A DNA stretch of 64,000 bases from Nakamurella sp. Its GTDB lineage: Bacteria; Actinomycetota; Actinomycetes; Mycobacteriales; Nakamurellaceae. Position numbers and translations under genes: made by a program. Where the stretch lies: the NCBI RefSeq assembly GCF_044224575.1, contig NZ_JBGAKE010000009.1, forward strand, positions 32,162 through 96,161, written 5' to 3'. The notes beneath the pieces were generated by a model. The model made no database searches and was not told the origin of the DNA. It saw nothing but the letters and a program-made list of their open reading frames with translations. This document shows positions 18,414-27,007 of the stretch, piece after piece; the first letter of the stretch is position 1, and each line of letters starts with the position of its first letter.

Positions 18414-19093
18414 CGGGAAATCCGCTCGGACCAACTGCGCACACCTCGTACTACCTGCCGGTACCCCGGCAACGGATGCGCGGGATCCGCCGCCGCCAGG
18501 GCGTCGTCGAGAACCGCGAGCCGATCCGCCAGGATTCTCGGCAGTCCGGCCACGGCGGGCACCGGGACGACGTCGAGGTAGGCCTCCGGGGCCTGATGTC
18601 CGCGGAGCACGATCCGCGTTGCGACCGCCAGCGGCGTCGCGCCCGCGCGCCGGGCGAGCCAGGCCGCGCCTGGTCGCACCGGGCCCAGCGGGCCGGGCGC
18701 ACGCAGCTCACCCTCCGGGAAGATGACGAGCACCCCGCCCGACACCGCCAGCTCGGCGGCCGCGCGCAACCGGTCCGAGCCCACCGCGCCGGCCCAGCCG
18801 AACACCGTCCGGGACGCGATGTTGGCCGGATCCATCAGGACGCCGACATCGCTCCGACCGGCCGCCCGCAGGGCCGAGAGGGCGACGAAGTAGTCCCACC
18901 AGCTGTGATGATTGGCCGCCCAGATCGCTGACCCGGTCGGTAGTTCGCCACGAACCCAGACCCCCCGCAGGTTCCGGCGGACCAGCCGGTCCAGGCAGAA
19001 GCTCGCCGCGGCAGCGGGTTTGCTCGCCATCGGCGCCGGACCTGCGCCGATCTTTCGCCGTCGCGGCGACCCGGGCGGGCGTGCTCCGCCCAT
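18410..19093 (-). CDS. PlsC-family (lysophospholipid-type) acyltransferase, CruD-like
   Basis: AANHHSWWD (NHxxxxD), LVIFPEG; start uncertain (19093 or 19030). Confidence 0.85.
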   Translation of the reverse strand: MGGARPPGSPRRRKIGAGPAPMASKPAAAASFCLDRLVRRNLRGVWVRGELPTGSAIWAANHHSWWDYFVALSALRAAGRSDVGVLMDPANIASRTVFGWAGAVGSDRLRAAAELAVSGGVLVIFPEGELRAPGPLGPVRPGAAWLARRAGATPLAVATRIVLRGHQAPEAYLDVVPVPAVAGLPRILADRLAVLDDALAAADPAHPLPGYRQVVRGVRSWSERISR

Positions 19094-19172
19094 TGTCTGT
19101 CGCACGGAACCACCGTAGGCCGGACCTTCCCGCCCTGGTTGATCTTCCTGGGCTCGGTCGAGAGAGATCTCG

Positions 19173-19676
19173 TCAGTCAGGCAGTTCGATCACGATGCCG
19201 GTGCCCGACCGGGTCGGGGTTGCCCCGAAGGCCCGGAACAGGGTCATCACCGCGTCGTTCTCGACGGCCACCGATGTCACGATCCGCTTGGCCGGGCGGG
19301 GCCGGTTGGCGGCCAGCAGATGTCCAAGGACGTGGCCCAGGCCGGCGCCCTGGTAGTCGTCGGCAATCGCCATCCCGACGTCCAGCAGGTCCGGGTCGTC
19401 CGGATAGCGCAGGATCCGGGCGACCCCGACGAGCCGATCGGAATCATCGAAGGCGGCGAAGGCCACGTGGTCGACCCCGTCGACCGAGTCGACCAGATGC
19501 CGGAGCGCGGCGGCGCCGAGGTTCCGCGGTGCCGAGCCGAACCGGAGCCGCTTCGAGTTTGCCGAAAGCTGCTGAAACGCGTCCGCGAGCGCGGCCCCGT
19601 CACCGGCGTGGAGCGGACGGATCAGCACCTGCCGGCCGTCGCGCAACGTCACCCACGCCGGGTCCTGATCGCTCAT
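19173..19676 (-). CDS. GNAT family N-acetyltransferase
   Basis: TLRDGRQVLIRPL...D, LS.NS.RLRF, DGVDHVA, IADDYQGAGLG acetyl-CoA motif. Confidence 0.85.
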   Translation of the reverse strand: MSDQDPAWVTLRDGRQVLIRPLHAGDGAALADAFQQLSANSKRLRFGSAPRNLGAAALRHLVDSVDGVDHVAFAAFDDSDRLVGVARILRYPDDPDLLDVGMAIADDYQGAGLGHVLGHLLAANRPRPAKRIVTSVAVENDAVMTLFRAFGATPTRSGTGIVIELPD

Positions 19677-19717
19677 CCCGTCCCAGGGTACGGTCCTACG
19701 CCGGCCCGCCGCTCGTC

Positions 19718-21286
19718 CTAGATCGCGACGATCAGCTGCACCAGGATCACTTTGGCGATCATGCCGACGGCGAACAGGGCAGTGAATCCGGCGCCCAGAC
19801 GTTCGTCGTCGACCTTGGAGTTGCCGTAGGCCAGGATGGCCGGCTGGCTGATCAGCCCGGCGAGGAGGCCGGCGGCACGTACCGGGCTGGTGCCGAACAT
19901 CCTGGCGACCACACCGAGGATGACGTCGGTGATCACGACCACGACGATGCCGGTGAGCACGATCCGCAGTCCCGCGCCGGTGAATGCCTGGGACGCGAAC
20001 GCCTGCCCGGAAGCCAGTCCGGTGGCGGCCAGGAACAGCAGAAGTCCCAGTTGGCGGATCGTCAGGTTGGCCGAGTTCGGCAGGCCCCAGACGATCCGCC
20101 CGGTCCGCTCCTGCCGGCCCAGGATCATGCCGACGACCAGCGGCCCGGCCGAAGCGCCCAGACTGAGGCTGATACCGCCGGGGATGGGCACCTTGACCAG
20201 ACCGACCAGCAGGCCCGCGGCCAGTCCGATGCTCAGGCTCAGCGCGTCGACCTCGCTGATCTTGCGCTCGGAATCGCCGAGGTAGTGGCCGACGTCGCTC
20301 ATCCACCGGCGCGGTACGACCACGCGGAGCCGGTCGCCCAGTTCGACGACCAGGTCCTCGCGGGCAAGCAGTTCGGTGTCACCGCGGCGGACCCGGGTGA
20401 TGATCCCGTCGAACCGGCGGGGGATGTCCAGGCTGCCGACCGTCCGCCCGGCAATCATCGGGCTCGAGATCAGGATCCGCCGGTAGTCGACCTCGGAGCG
20501 GTCATGGGCCAGGTGGCGCTTCGCCCGGCGGCCCAGGAAGTCGCAGGCAGCGGCCGCCGGTCCGGCGGGGCCGATGATGACCACCCGATCCCCCGGGGCC
20601 AGCTGCTCGTCGTCCCGGACCACCCGGGTGACCTCGTCGCGACGCAGGTAGGAGAAGCGGATGAGGTGTTCGGCGAATCCGGGCACGTCCGACAGGCGGG
20701 CCGGTCGCTGCACTTCGATGGTGAAGTCGACCAGCGCCTGCGCGGCCACGGGCGGTTGATCCTTCGGGCACGCCCAGGTCCGGTTCAGGATGACGGACAT
20801 GGCCACGATGGTCAGCACCACCCCGAAGGGATAGGTCAGCGCGTATCCCACCGCCGGTTCGTTGCTGGCCGCCCGCGCGGTCGCCGAAGCCAGGGCCGGG
20901 GTGCTGGTCAACGCGCCGGCGAACGCGCCGCCCCGGACCGCCGAGTCCAGCCCCAGCGCACCCCCGACTCCGATGACCAGGACGGTGGAGATCGCCAGCA
21001 CGCCGAGCGCGCTGAGCATGATGGGAAGTTGGCTCCGGACCGAGTGGAAGAAGGCCGCTCCGGAGGCCAGGCCGACCGTGTACACGAACAGGGCCAGGCC
21101 CAGCGTGCGGACCAGGTCCAGGCCCTCACCCAGCCGCGGGTCGATCGCTCCGAAGGCCAGGCCGACGAACAGGGCGCCCGCCGGTCCGAGCTTGACCGCA
21201 CCGAACGGCACGATCCCGAGCAGGGTGCCCAGGGCCACCACCAGCATGACCGTCAGCAGGGGGCTGGCCGCGAGAAGGTCGGTCAT
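19718..21286 (-). CDS. AspT/YidE/YbjL family (aspartate:alanine exchanger-type) transporter with TrkA-C domains
   Basis: LGPAGALFVGL, GLALFVYTVGLASG, GALTSTPAL, YALTYPFG, RVRRGD, GPLVVGMILG, RQLGLLLFLA. Confidence 0.9.
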   Translation of the reverse strand: MTDLLAASPLLTVMLVVALGTLLGIVPFGAVKLGPAGALFVGLAFGAIDPRLGEGLDLVRTLGLALFVYTVGLASGAAFFHSVRSQLPIMLSALGVLAISTVLVIGVGGALGLDSAVRGGAFAGALTSTPALASATARAASNEPAVGYALTYPFGVVLTIVAMSVILNRTWACPKDQPPVAAQALVDFTIEVQRPARLSDVPGFAEHLIRFSYLRRDEVTRVVRDDEQLAPGDRVVIIGPAGPAAAACDFLGRRAKRHLAHDRSEVDYRRILISSPMIAGRTVGSLDIPRRFDGIITRVRRGDTELLAREDLVVELGDRLRVVVPRRWMSDVGHYLGDSERKISEVDALSLSIGLAAGLLVGLVKVPIPGGISLSLGASAGPLVVGMILGRQERTGRIVWGLPNSANLTIRQLGLLLFLAATGLASGQAFASQAFTGAGLRIVLTGIVVVVITDVILGVVARMFGTSPVRAAGLLAGLISQPAILAYGNSKVDDERLGAGFTALFAVGMIAKVILVQLIVAI

Positions 21287-21422
21287 CGTGCGCCGGGCTC
21301 AAGTCGGCCGCGGACGGGCTCCGGGCATCCACACCGGGGTCGTTCGGCTGCCGGCATGGCTGCCCACCTCCTCGGGGACGGCGATGAGCACCACTGTCCC
21401 GCGCGACCGGTCGTCCGGGGCA

Positions 21423-21436
21423 GGGCAGGAAGTCCC
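21423..21436. promoter_or_regulatory. DosR-box-like palindrome caGGGCAG-GA-AGTCCCtg upstream of the transporter
   Basis: Same 6-2-6 geometry with complementary CA/TG flanks; about 140 bp upstream of the 21286 start. Confidence 0.4.
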
Positions 21437-21453
21437 TGATCAGGGCGATGCCG

Positions 21454-22578
21454 TCAGGCCGTCCGGACCTTGTCGCGGAGCCAGGCGAGGTACGTCTCGG
21501 CCACGTCCCCCGTCGTCGGGCCGACCCGCAGACGGTCCGGCAGCCAGGTGAGCACCGGATCGGCCAGCGCGAGTTCCACCTCGGCGCGCAGCCGTCCGGG
21601 CCGGTAGAGCCGCACCGCTCCGGGCAGCCTGTCCCCCAGCTCCTGCGCGTAGCGGCCGGCCCGCACCAGCGGCCGCCGTCCCGCGCCGATCCACGAGTTG
21701 ATCGAGGCGGACGCCGAGATCCGGGTCTGCGGGGCGACCGGCACGACCGGCGCCCGAAGCTGTTCCACCAGTTGGTGATCCGGGACGTATCCGGTGGTCC
21801 GGAACAGGATCCCGTTCCGCTCGGCCACCGACGACAGTTCGGCCGGCAGGTCGCCGTGACGGGCCGACGGTCGCCCGATCGCCAGCACGGTGACCATGGG
21901 GCGGATACCGGCCAGCTCGTCCAGCAGCTCGCGGTGCCCCTTGCCCGGGTACAGGAACCCGAGGACGGCCACGATCGGCGGACCGGCCGGCAGGGCCGGA
22001 CGCGGCGGCGGGCCTCCGGCCGGGTCGATGGGCAGTGGAACGACCGTGACGCCCTCCTCCGGAACCCCGACCACCTCGCGCAGGAGCGAACGTTCGTGGC
22101 CGCTGGACACCGCCACACCGGCCGACGCGGCCACGAGCGCGCCATAGGTGTGGGCCCGGCGACGGACCAGGGCCGGCCCGTCCGACACCTGCGGAACGTC
22201 GTGCAGCGTGAGGGCCAGGCGCACACCGCGACCCGCCAGCGCGTGCACCAGCGCGGGCAGGACCACATCGGGATCGGCCGCCGCATCCGCGATCAGCCAG
22301 TCGCTGACGTGCAGGTGCAGCAACCGAACCGTCGATGGCAGCCGGTGCGCCAGGTCGGCCAGCCGGGCCGGGTCCGGTTCGTCGAGCACCGCACCGGTGA
22401 AGCCGAGATCACGGCCGGTTGTTGCGATGCATCGCGCCAACCGCGACACGCCGTGACCCTCCGGTCCGCACGTGCCCAAGGCGATGCGGTTGTCGAGGGG
22501 ATGTCGGTTGCCGGCCACCACTGCCCTGTTCCCCGTCGCTGATCCCACGAACAGCCGCCGTGCGCCGGGTGTGGGCAC
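21454..22578 (-). CDS. GT-B (family 4-like) glycosyltransferase
   Basis: LHLHV, LTLHDVP, VAVLGFLYPGKGH, TGYVPD; start uncertain. Confidence 0.7.
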   Translation of the reverse strand: MPTPGARRLFVGSATGNRAVVAGNRHPLDNRIALGTCGPEGHGVSRLARCIATTGRDLGFTGAVLDEPDPARLADLAHRLPSTVRLLHLHVSDWLIADAAADPDVVLPALVHALAGRGVRLALTLHDVPQVSDGPALVRRRAHTYGALVAASAGVAVSSGHERSLLREVVGVPEEGVTVVPLPIDPAGGPPPRPALPAGPPIVAVLGFLYPGKGHRELLDELAGIRPMVTVLAIGRPSARHGDLPAELSSVAERNGILFRTTGYVPDHQLVEQLRAPVVPVAPQTRISASASINSWIGAGRRPLVRAGRYAQELGDRLPGAVRLYRPGRLRAEVELALADPVLTWLPDRLRVGPTTGDVAETYLAWLRDKVRTA

Positions 22579-22695
22579 CGCCGGGCGGGGTACCTCGCGG
22601 TGGGACAGGTGCGGCTCGTCCGCGACGCCGGCGACGCGGCCGCGGCCCCCGGGGTGGAGCAGGCGTGACGAACCATGACGATGAGGGAGGCGCTG

Positions 22696-23796
22696 ATGGC
22701 CGCGGGCGCCACCCTGCGCGTCGCGTCGATCCCGGCCGGCCATCCCTATGTCCGGCACCTCGCCGCCGTCGACGGACCCGACCGGGTGGTCCGGCTGCCC
22801 GACCCGGTCCCGGCGGTGGCCGACCCGGTCCCCGGTCAATGGTGGCCGCCGGTGATGTTGGACCGTGCGTGGATCGAGCAGCATCGCCACGAGTTCGATC
22901 TGATGCACCTGCATTTCGGCTTCGAGTCGGCCGACCCGATTACCCTGGCCGGCTGGTGCGCCGACCTGGCCGGCGCCGGAAAGCCGTTGGTCGTCACCGT
23001 GCACGACCTGGCCAACCCCCATTTCGTCGACCAGCGCCGCCATGTCGCGCTGCTGGACGTCCTGATCCCGCGCGCGGACGGGCTGATCACCCTGACCGCC
23101 GGTGCCGCGGCCACCATCCGGCAACGGTGGGGTCGCCGGGCCACCGTGATCCCGCATCCGCACATCGTCGCGCTCGATTGGACCGCCCCGAGCCCGCCGC
23201 CTCGGCCGAACGATGACTTCGTCGTGGGCCTGAGCGTCAAGGACCTACGGGCCAACGTCGACCCGCTGCCCGTGCTGGCCGCGCTGGCGAAGGCGCTGCC
23301 CGAGTCGCCCGGGACCACCGTCCTGGTCGACCTGCACCCGGAACTGCTGACCCGCGACGACCCCAGCGCCGCGGCCCTGCGCGCCTTCCTCGACGGCCGG
23401 AAGGCCGCCGACGGCTGGTCGGTGTGGCCCCACCCGCGACTCACCGATGCGCAACTGTGGACCCATCTGCACTCGCTGGACCTGTCGGTGCTGCCCTACG
23501 CGTTCGGCACCCACTCGGGCTGGCTCGAGGCCTGCGTCGATGTCGGAACTGCCGTCCTGGTACCGGACATCGGCCACTACGCCGAGCAACACGGGCATCC
23601 CACCTTCCCCCGCGCGGCCGACGGCGCCGTCGACCCCGCCGGGTTCGCCGCGGTGTTGCGCCGGATCCGGCGCGACCCGGCGCTGGCCACACCACCCAAG
23701 CCGGACCGCCGCGCCCAGCGGCGCCACATCGCCGACGCCCACGTGCGGATCTACCGAAGCGCAGTGGCGACCGCCGGGGTGAGATCGCTTCCGTGA
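22696..23796 (+). CDS. GT-B (family 4-like) glycosyltransferase
   Basis: VASIPAGHPYVRHL, GQWWPPVML, DLMHLHFGF, LVVTVHDL.NPH, VLPYAFGTHSGWLEAC.D.G; GGAGG RBS. Confidence 0.75.
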   Translation: MAAGATLRVASIPAGHPYVRHLAAVDGPDRVVRLPDPVPAVADPVPGQWWPPVMLDRAWIEQHRHEFDLMHLHFGFESADPITLAGWCADLAGAGKPLVVTVHDLANPHFVDQRRHVALLDVLIPRADGLITLTAGAAATIRQRWGRRATVIPHPHIVALDWTAPSPPPRPNDDFVVGLSVKDLRANVDPLPVLAALAKALPESPGTTVLVDLHPELLTRDDPSAAALRAFLDGRKAADGWSVWPHPRLTDAQLWTHLHSLDLSVLPYAFGTHSGWLEACVDVGTAVLVPDIGHYAEQHGHPTFPRAADGAVDPAGFAAVLRRIRRDPALATPPKPDRRAQRRHIADAHVRIYRSAVATAGVRSLP

Positions 23797-23917
23797 CGGC
23801 CCGTCACCCGGTGCGCACGGTTGGCGCGCACGCGGTCCGGGTACCTCGTTGGACGGCAGCAGCATCGACCACCGGCCGTGGGTGAGGCGCTCGCTCCGAG
23901 CAGAAGGAGGTGCATTG

Positions 23918-25078
23918 TTGGTATCCGAAACGACCCGTCGCGGCGGAGCGCCGGCGACCAGCTTCAAAGTCCTGATCGTCGCGTCGCTGCGGTACCCGAT
24001 CGGTCAGCCCTTCGCCGGTGGGCTCGAGGCGCATACCTGGTCGCTGGCCTGCGGGCTGCGCGCCCGGGGTCACTCGGTCCTCGTCGCCGGCGCCGCCGGG
24101 AGCGATACCGGCGTCGTCGACTACGAATTCGGTGAGCTTCCGGTCATCGGCCGCGCGGAGCGGCCCGACATCACCGAACATCCCCTGGTCAGCCGGGCCG
24201 AGCGGGCGGCCTACGCCGGACTGACGGACCAGCTCCGCGACGGCCTGCTCGGATCGTTCGATGTCATCCACAACAACGCGCTGCATCCCGTTCCGGTCGA
24301 ACGGGCGAGCACCCTGCCCAGCCCCATGGTCACCACCCTGCACACACCGCGGTTGCCCTGGGCAGGCCGGCTGCTCGGCAGTCCCGCCCGGGCGACCGTC
24401 ACCCGGGCGCCCGGGCGCGATCCGAGTTTCGTCGCGGTCAGCCGGGCCACTGCCGCCCTGTGGCGTCCGCTGATCAACCCGAGGGTCGTGCGCAACGGCG
24501 TCGACACCACCGTCTGGCGAGCCGGCTCCGGCGGCCCGGGGGCCGTCTGGTCCGGACGCATCGTTCCGGAGAAGGCCCCGCACCTGGCCATCGACCTGGC
24601 GCGGGCGGCCGGGATCGAGCTGACCATCGCCGGGCCGGTCATCGACGAGGACTATTTCGCCGGGGCCATCACGCCCCGTCTGGGACCGCGCGTGCGCTAC
24701 GCCGGGCATCTGGCCCAGGCCGACCTTGCGGACCTGGTCGGGAGCAGCGCAGTCGCGCTGGTCACCCCGGTTTGGAACGAGCCGTTCGGGCTGGTCGCCG
24801 CGGAGGCGCTGGCCTGCGGCACGCCGGTGGTGGCATTCGCTCGCGGAGGTCTGCCGGAGATCGTCGATCCCGCGGTCGGCCGGCTGATCCCACCGGTTTC
24901 CGGGCCGGAGTGGCGGCGGGACCGCCTGACGGCCGCGGTCCGGGCGGTCACGGCGGCGACCGCGTTGGACCGGCGGGCCGTCCGGCGTCGCGCGGTCGCC
25001 CGACTGGGCCGGGTGGCGATGATCCGCGGGTACGAGGGTGTCTACGCAGATCTGACGCGGCAATGGAACGCGGCATGA
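23918..25078 (+). CDS. Family 4 glycosyltransferase
   Basis: PFAGGLEAHTW, VTTLHTP, VVRNGVD, WSGRIVPEKAPH, WNEPFGLVAAEALACGTPV; AAGGAGG RBS, TTG start. Confidence 0.9.
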   Translation: MVSETTRRGGAPATSFKVLIVASLRYPIGQPFAGGLEAHTWSLACGLRARGHSVLVAGAAGSDTGVVDYEFGELPVIGRAERPDITEHPLVSRAERAAYAGLTDQLRDGLLGSFDVIHNNALHPVPVERASTLPSPMVTTLHTPRLPWAGRLLGSPARATVTRAPGRDPSFVAVSRATAALWRPLINPRVVRNGVDTTVWRAGSGGPGAVWSGRIVPEKAPHLAIDLARAAGIELTIAGPVIDEDYFAGAITPRLGPRVRYAGHLAQADLADLVGSSAVALVTPVWNEPFGLVAAEALACGTPVVAFARGGLPEIVDPAVGRLIPPVSGPEWRRDRLTAAVRAVTAATALDRRAVRRRAVARLGRVAMIRGYEGVYADLTRQWNAA

Positions 25079-25127
25079 GCCGCCCGGCCAGAGCGATCGG
25101 TGACCGCCGGACCCCCGGTGCGCACCG

Positions 25128-26138
25128 TTGATCGGCTACTACGTCCACCACCATGGACTGGGGCATCTGCAGCGAGCCCGCTCGATCCTGACGCACCTGG
25201 ACGGCTCGGCGACCCTGCTCAGTTCGCTGCCCACTCCCGACGCCGACCTGTCCTGGGTGCAGCTGCCCCTGGACAACCTGTCCCGCCCGGTGGACCACAC
25301 CGCGCACGGCACCCTGCACTGGGTGCCGCGGCATGATCGAGGCCTGCGGCGCCGCATGGCGATGCTCGCCGACTGGATCGACGCCGCTGATCCGGACCTG
25401 ATGGTGGTCGACGTCTCCGTCGAGGTCGCCGTCATGTGCCGGTTGATGGGCGTGCCCACGGTGGTGACGGCGATGCCTGGAGACCGATCGGATCGGGCCC
25501 ACCGGTCCGCCTACGATTCCGCCCACGCGATTCTCGCTCCTTGGGCGGCCGAGTTCAGCGCCGGCCAGTGGTCCGACCGCTGGCCCGCCAAGACCTTTCA
25601 TGCCGGCGCCATCTCCCGGTTCGCCGGCCGCCGGCCCGCCGCCGCGGGCGGCCACGGCGGGCCCCTTCGCGTGCTGGTGTTGTGGGGCCAGGGTGGGAAC
25701 GATCAACCCGGTGGCTTTTTCGACGCCGCGGTGCGCGCGACACCGCATTGCCGGTGGCGGCAGGCCGGAGTCGGCCCCGACGCGGGCCGTTCGATCTGGG
25801 ACCTGCTGTGCTGGTCGGACGTCGTCGTCACCCACGGTGGCCAGAACGCGGTCGCCGAGGTGGCCGCCGCCCGGCGGCCGGCCGTCGTCATCGCCCAGCA
25901 GCGCCCGCACGGCGAGCAGGCGGCCACGGTCGCGACCCTCACCCGGTCCGGTCTGGCGGTCGGCCTGGACGCGTTCCCCGATGCAACTCGCTGGCCCGAC
26001 CTGCTCGCCCGGGCGGTCGCGCTCGGCGGTGACCGGTGGACCCGATGGGCGCCTCCGGACGCCGCCCGCCGGGCCGCGGAGTTTCTCCGGGCCACCGCCG
26101 ACGAGGTCCGGCACTGCGTCGTCGAGCCGACCGCATGA
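25128..26138 (+). CDS. GT-B glycosyltransferase (family 28 C-terminal-like)
   Basis: IGYYVHHHGLGHLQRA, VVDVSVEV, DVVVTHGGQNAVAEVAA, QRPHGEQ. Confidence 0.8.
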   Translation: MIGYYVHHHGLGHLQRARSILTHLDGSATLLSSLPTPDADLSWVQLPLDNLSRPVDHTAHGTLHWVPRHDRGLRRRMAMLADWIDAADPDLMVVDVSVEVAVMCRLMGVPTVVTAMPGDRSDRAHRSAYDSAHAILAPWAAEFSAGQWSDRWPAKTFHAGAISRFAGRRPAAAGGHGGPLRVLVLWGQGGNDQPGGFFDAAVRATPHCRWRQAGVGPDAGRSIWDLLCWSDVVVTHGGQNAVAEVAAARRPAVVIAQQRPHGEQAATVATLTRSGLAVGLDAFPDATRWPDLLARAVALGGDRWTRWAPPDAARRAAEFLRATADEVRHCVVEPTA

Positions 26139-27007
26139 CGACCGCGGTCGTCACCATCGTCCGTGGCCGGCACGAGCATCTGCACGCGCAGCAGCGCGGG
26201 CTGCGCCTGGGCCACCGCCGCCCCGACCTGTATGTCGTGGTCGGCATGGGCGATCCGGACGCCACCGCCGCGACCCGCACGGGACCGCTGGCCGGATCCG
26301 GCTGCACCCTGCTGCTGCGTGACATCCCCGGCGACGGAGCACTTCCGCTGGCCGCCGCGCGCAATGCCGGCGCCGCGGCCGCGCTGGCCGCCGGGGCCGA
26401 CATCCTGGTCTTCCTGGACGTGGACTGCGTGCCGGGCCTATCGCTCGTGCAGACCTACACCACCGCCGTCCTGAACGAGGCCCGGCCGGCCCTGCACTGC
26501 GGGGTGGTGCAGTACCTGGCGGAAGGGATCGACGCGGCCCGCATCGATCCCGGCGCCCTGCACGGGCGGCCGCACCCCGCCCGCCCACGACCGGACCGGG
26601 GACGATCGATCCCGTCGGCGGACTGGCAGCTGTTCTGGTCGCTGTCGTTTGCGGTCTCGGCCCACACCTGGCGGCGGCTCGGCGGGTTCTGCGAGGAGTA
26701 CCGCGGCTACGGCGGCGAGGACACCGATCTGGGCTACCACGCGTTCCGGCTCGGCATCGACCTGCGGTGGTGGGGTGACGCCGACGCGTTCCACCAGTAC
26801 CACGACTCGCCCTCGCCGCCGACACCACATCTGGTCGACATCGTCCGCAACGCAACGATCTTCCACCGGCGCTGGAGATTCTGGCCCATGCAGGGATGGC
26901 TGACGGCCTTCGCCGACCTGGGCCTGGCCCGGTACGACCCGGACCGCGACGCCTGGACCGTGGTCGACGCCGCGGCGGCGGATGAAGCGTCGACGGCCGC
27001 ACCGTGA
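26135..27007 (+). CDS. Family 2 / galactosyltransferase-C-like glycosyltransferase
   Basis: LPLAAARN.GA, FLDVDC.P, FWSLSFA, GFCEEYRGYGGEDTD; ATGA overlap. Confidence 0.85.
   Translation: MTTAVVTIVRGRHEHLHAQQRGLRLGHRRPDLYVVVGMGDPDATAATRTGPLAGSGCTLLLRDIPGDGALPLAAARNAGAAAALAAGADILVFLDVDCVPGLSLVQTYTTAVLNEARPALHCGVVQYLAEGIDAARIDPGALHGRPHPARPRPDRGRSIPSADWQLFWSLSFAVSAHTWRRLGGFCEEYRGYGGEDTDLGYHAFRLGIDLRWWGDADAFHQYHDSPSPPTPHLVDIVRNATIFHRRWRFWPMQGWLTAFADLGLARYDPDRDAWTVVDAAAADEASTAAP

Noticed and set aside
16078-18444. 788-aa ORF suggesting a long N-terminal fusion to the P450
   Set aside because: The first ~390 codons are an out-of-frame reading of the GT2 gene (Arg/Ala/Gly-rich); the P450 starts at GTG 17280 in a normal GTGA overlap.
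19121-19697. Weaker DosR-like matches near 19121 and 19684
   Set aside because: Spacing or half-sites deviate from the 6-2-6 pattern; consistent with chance in GC-rich DNA.
21454-23163. 569-aa ORF overlapping the divergent glycosyltransferase
   Set aside because: The 5' part is the antisense shadow of 22696-23796; GT-like sequence begins only near 22578.
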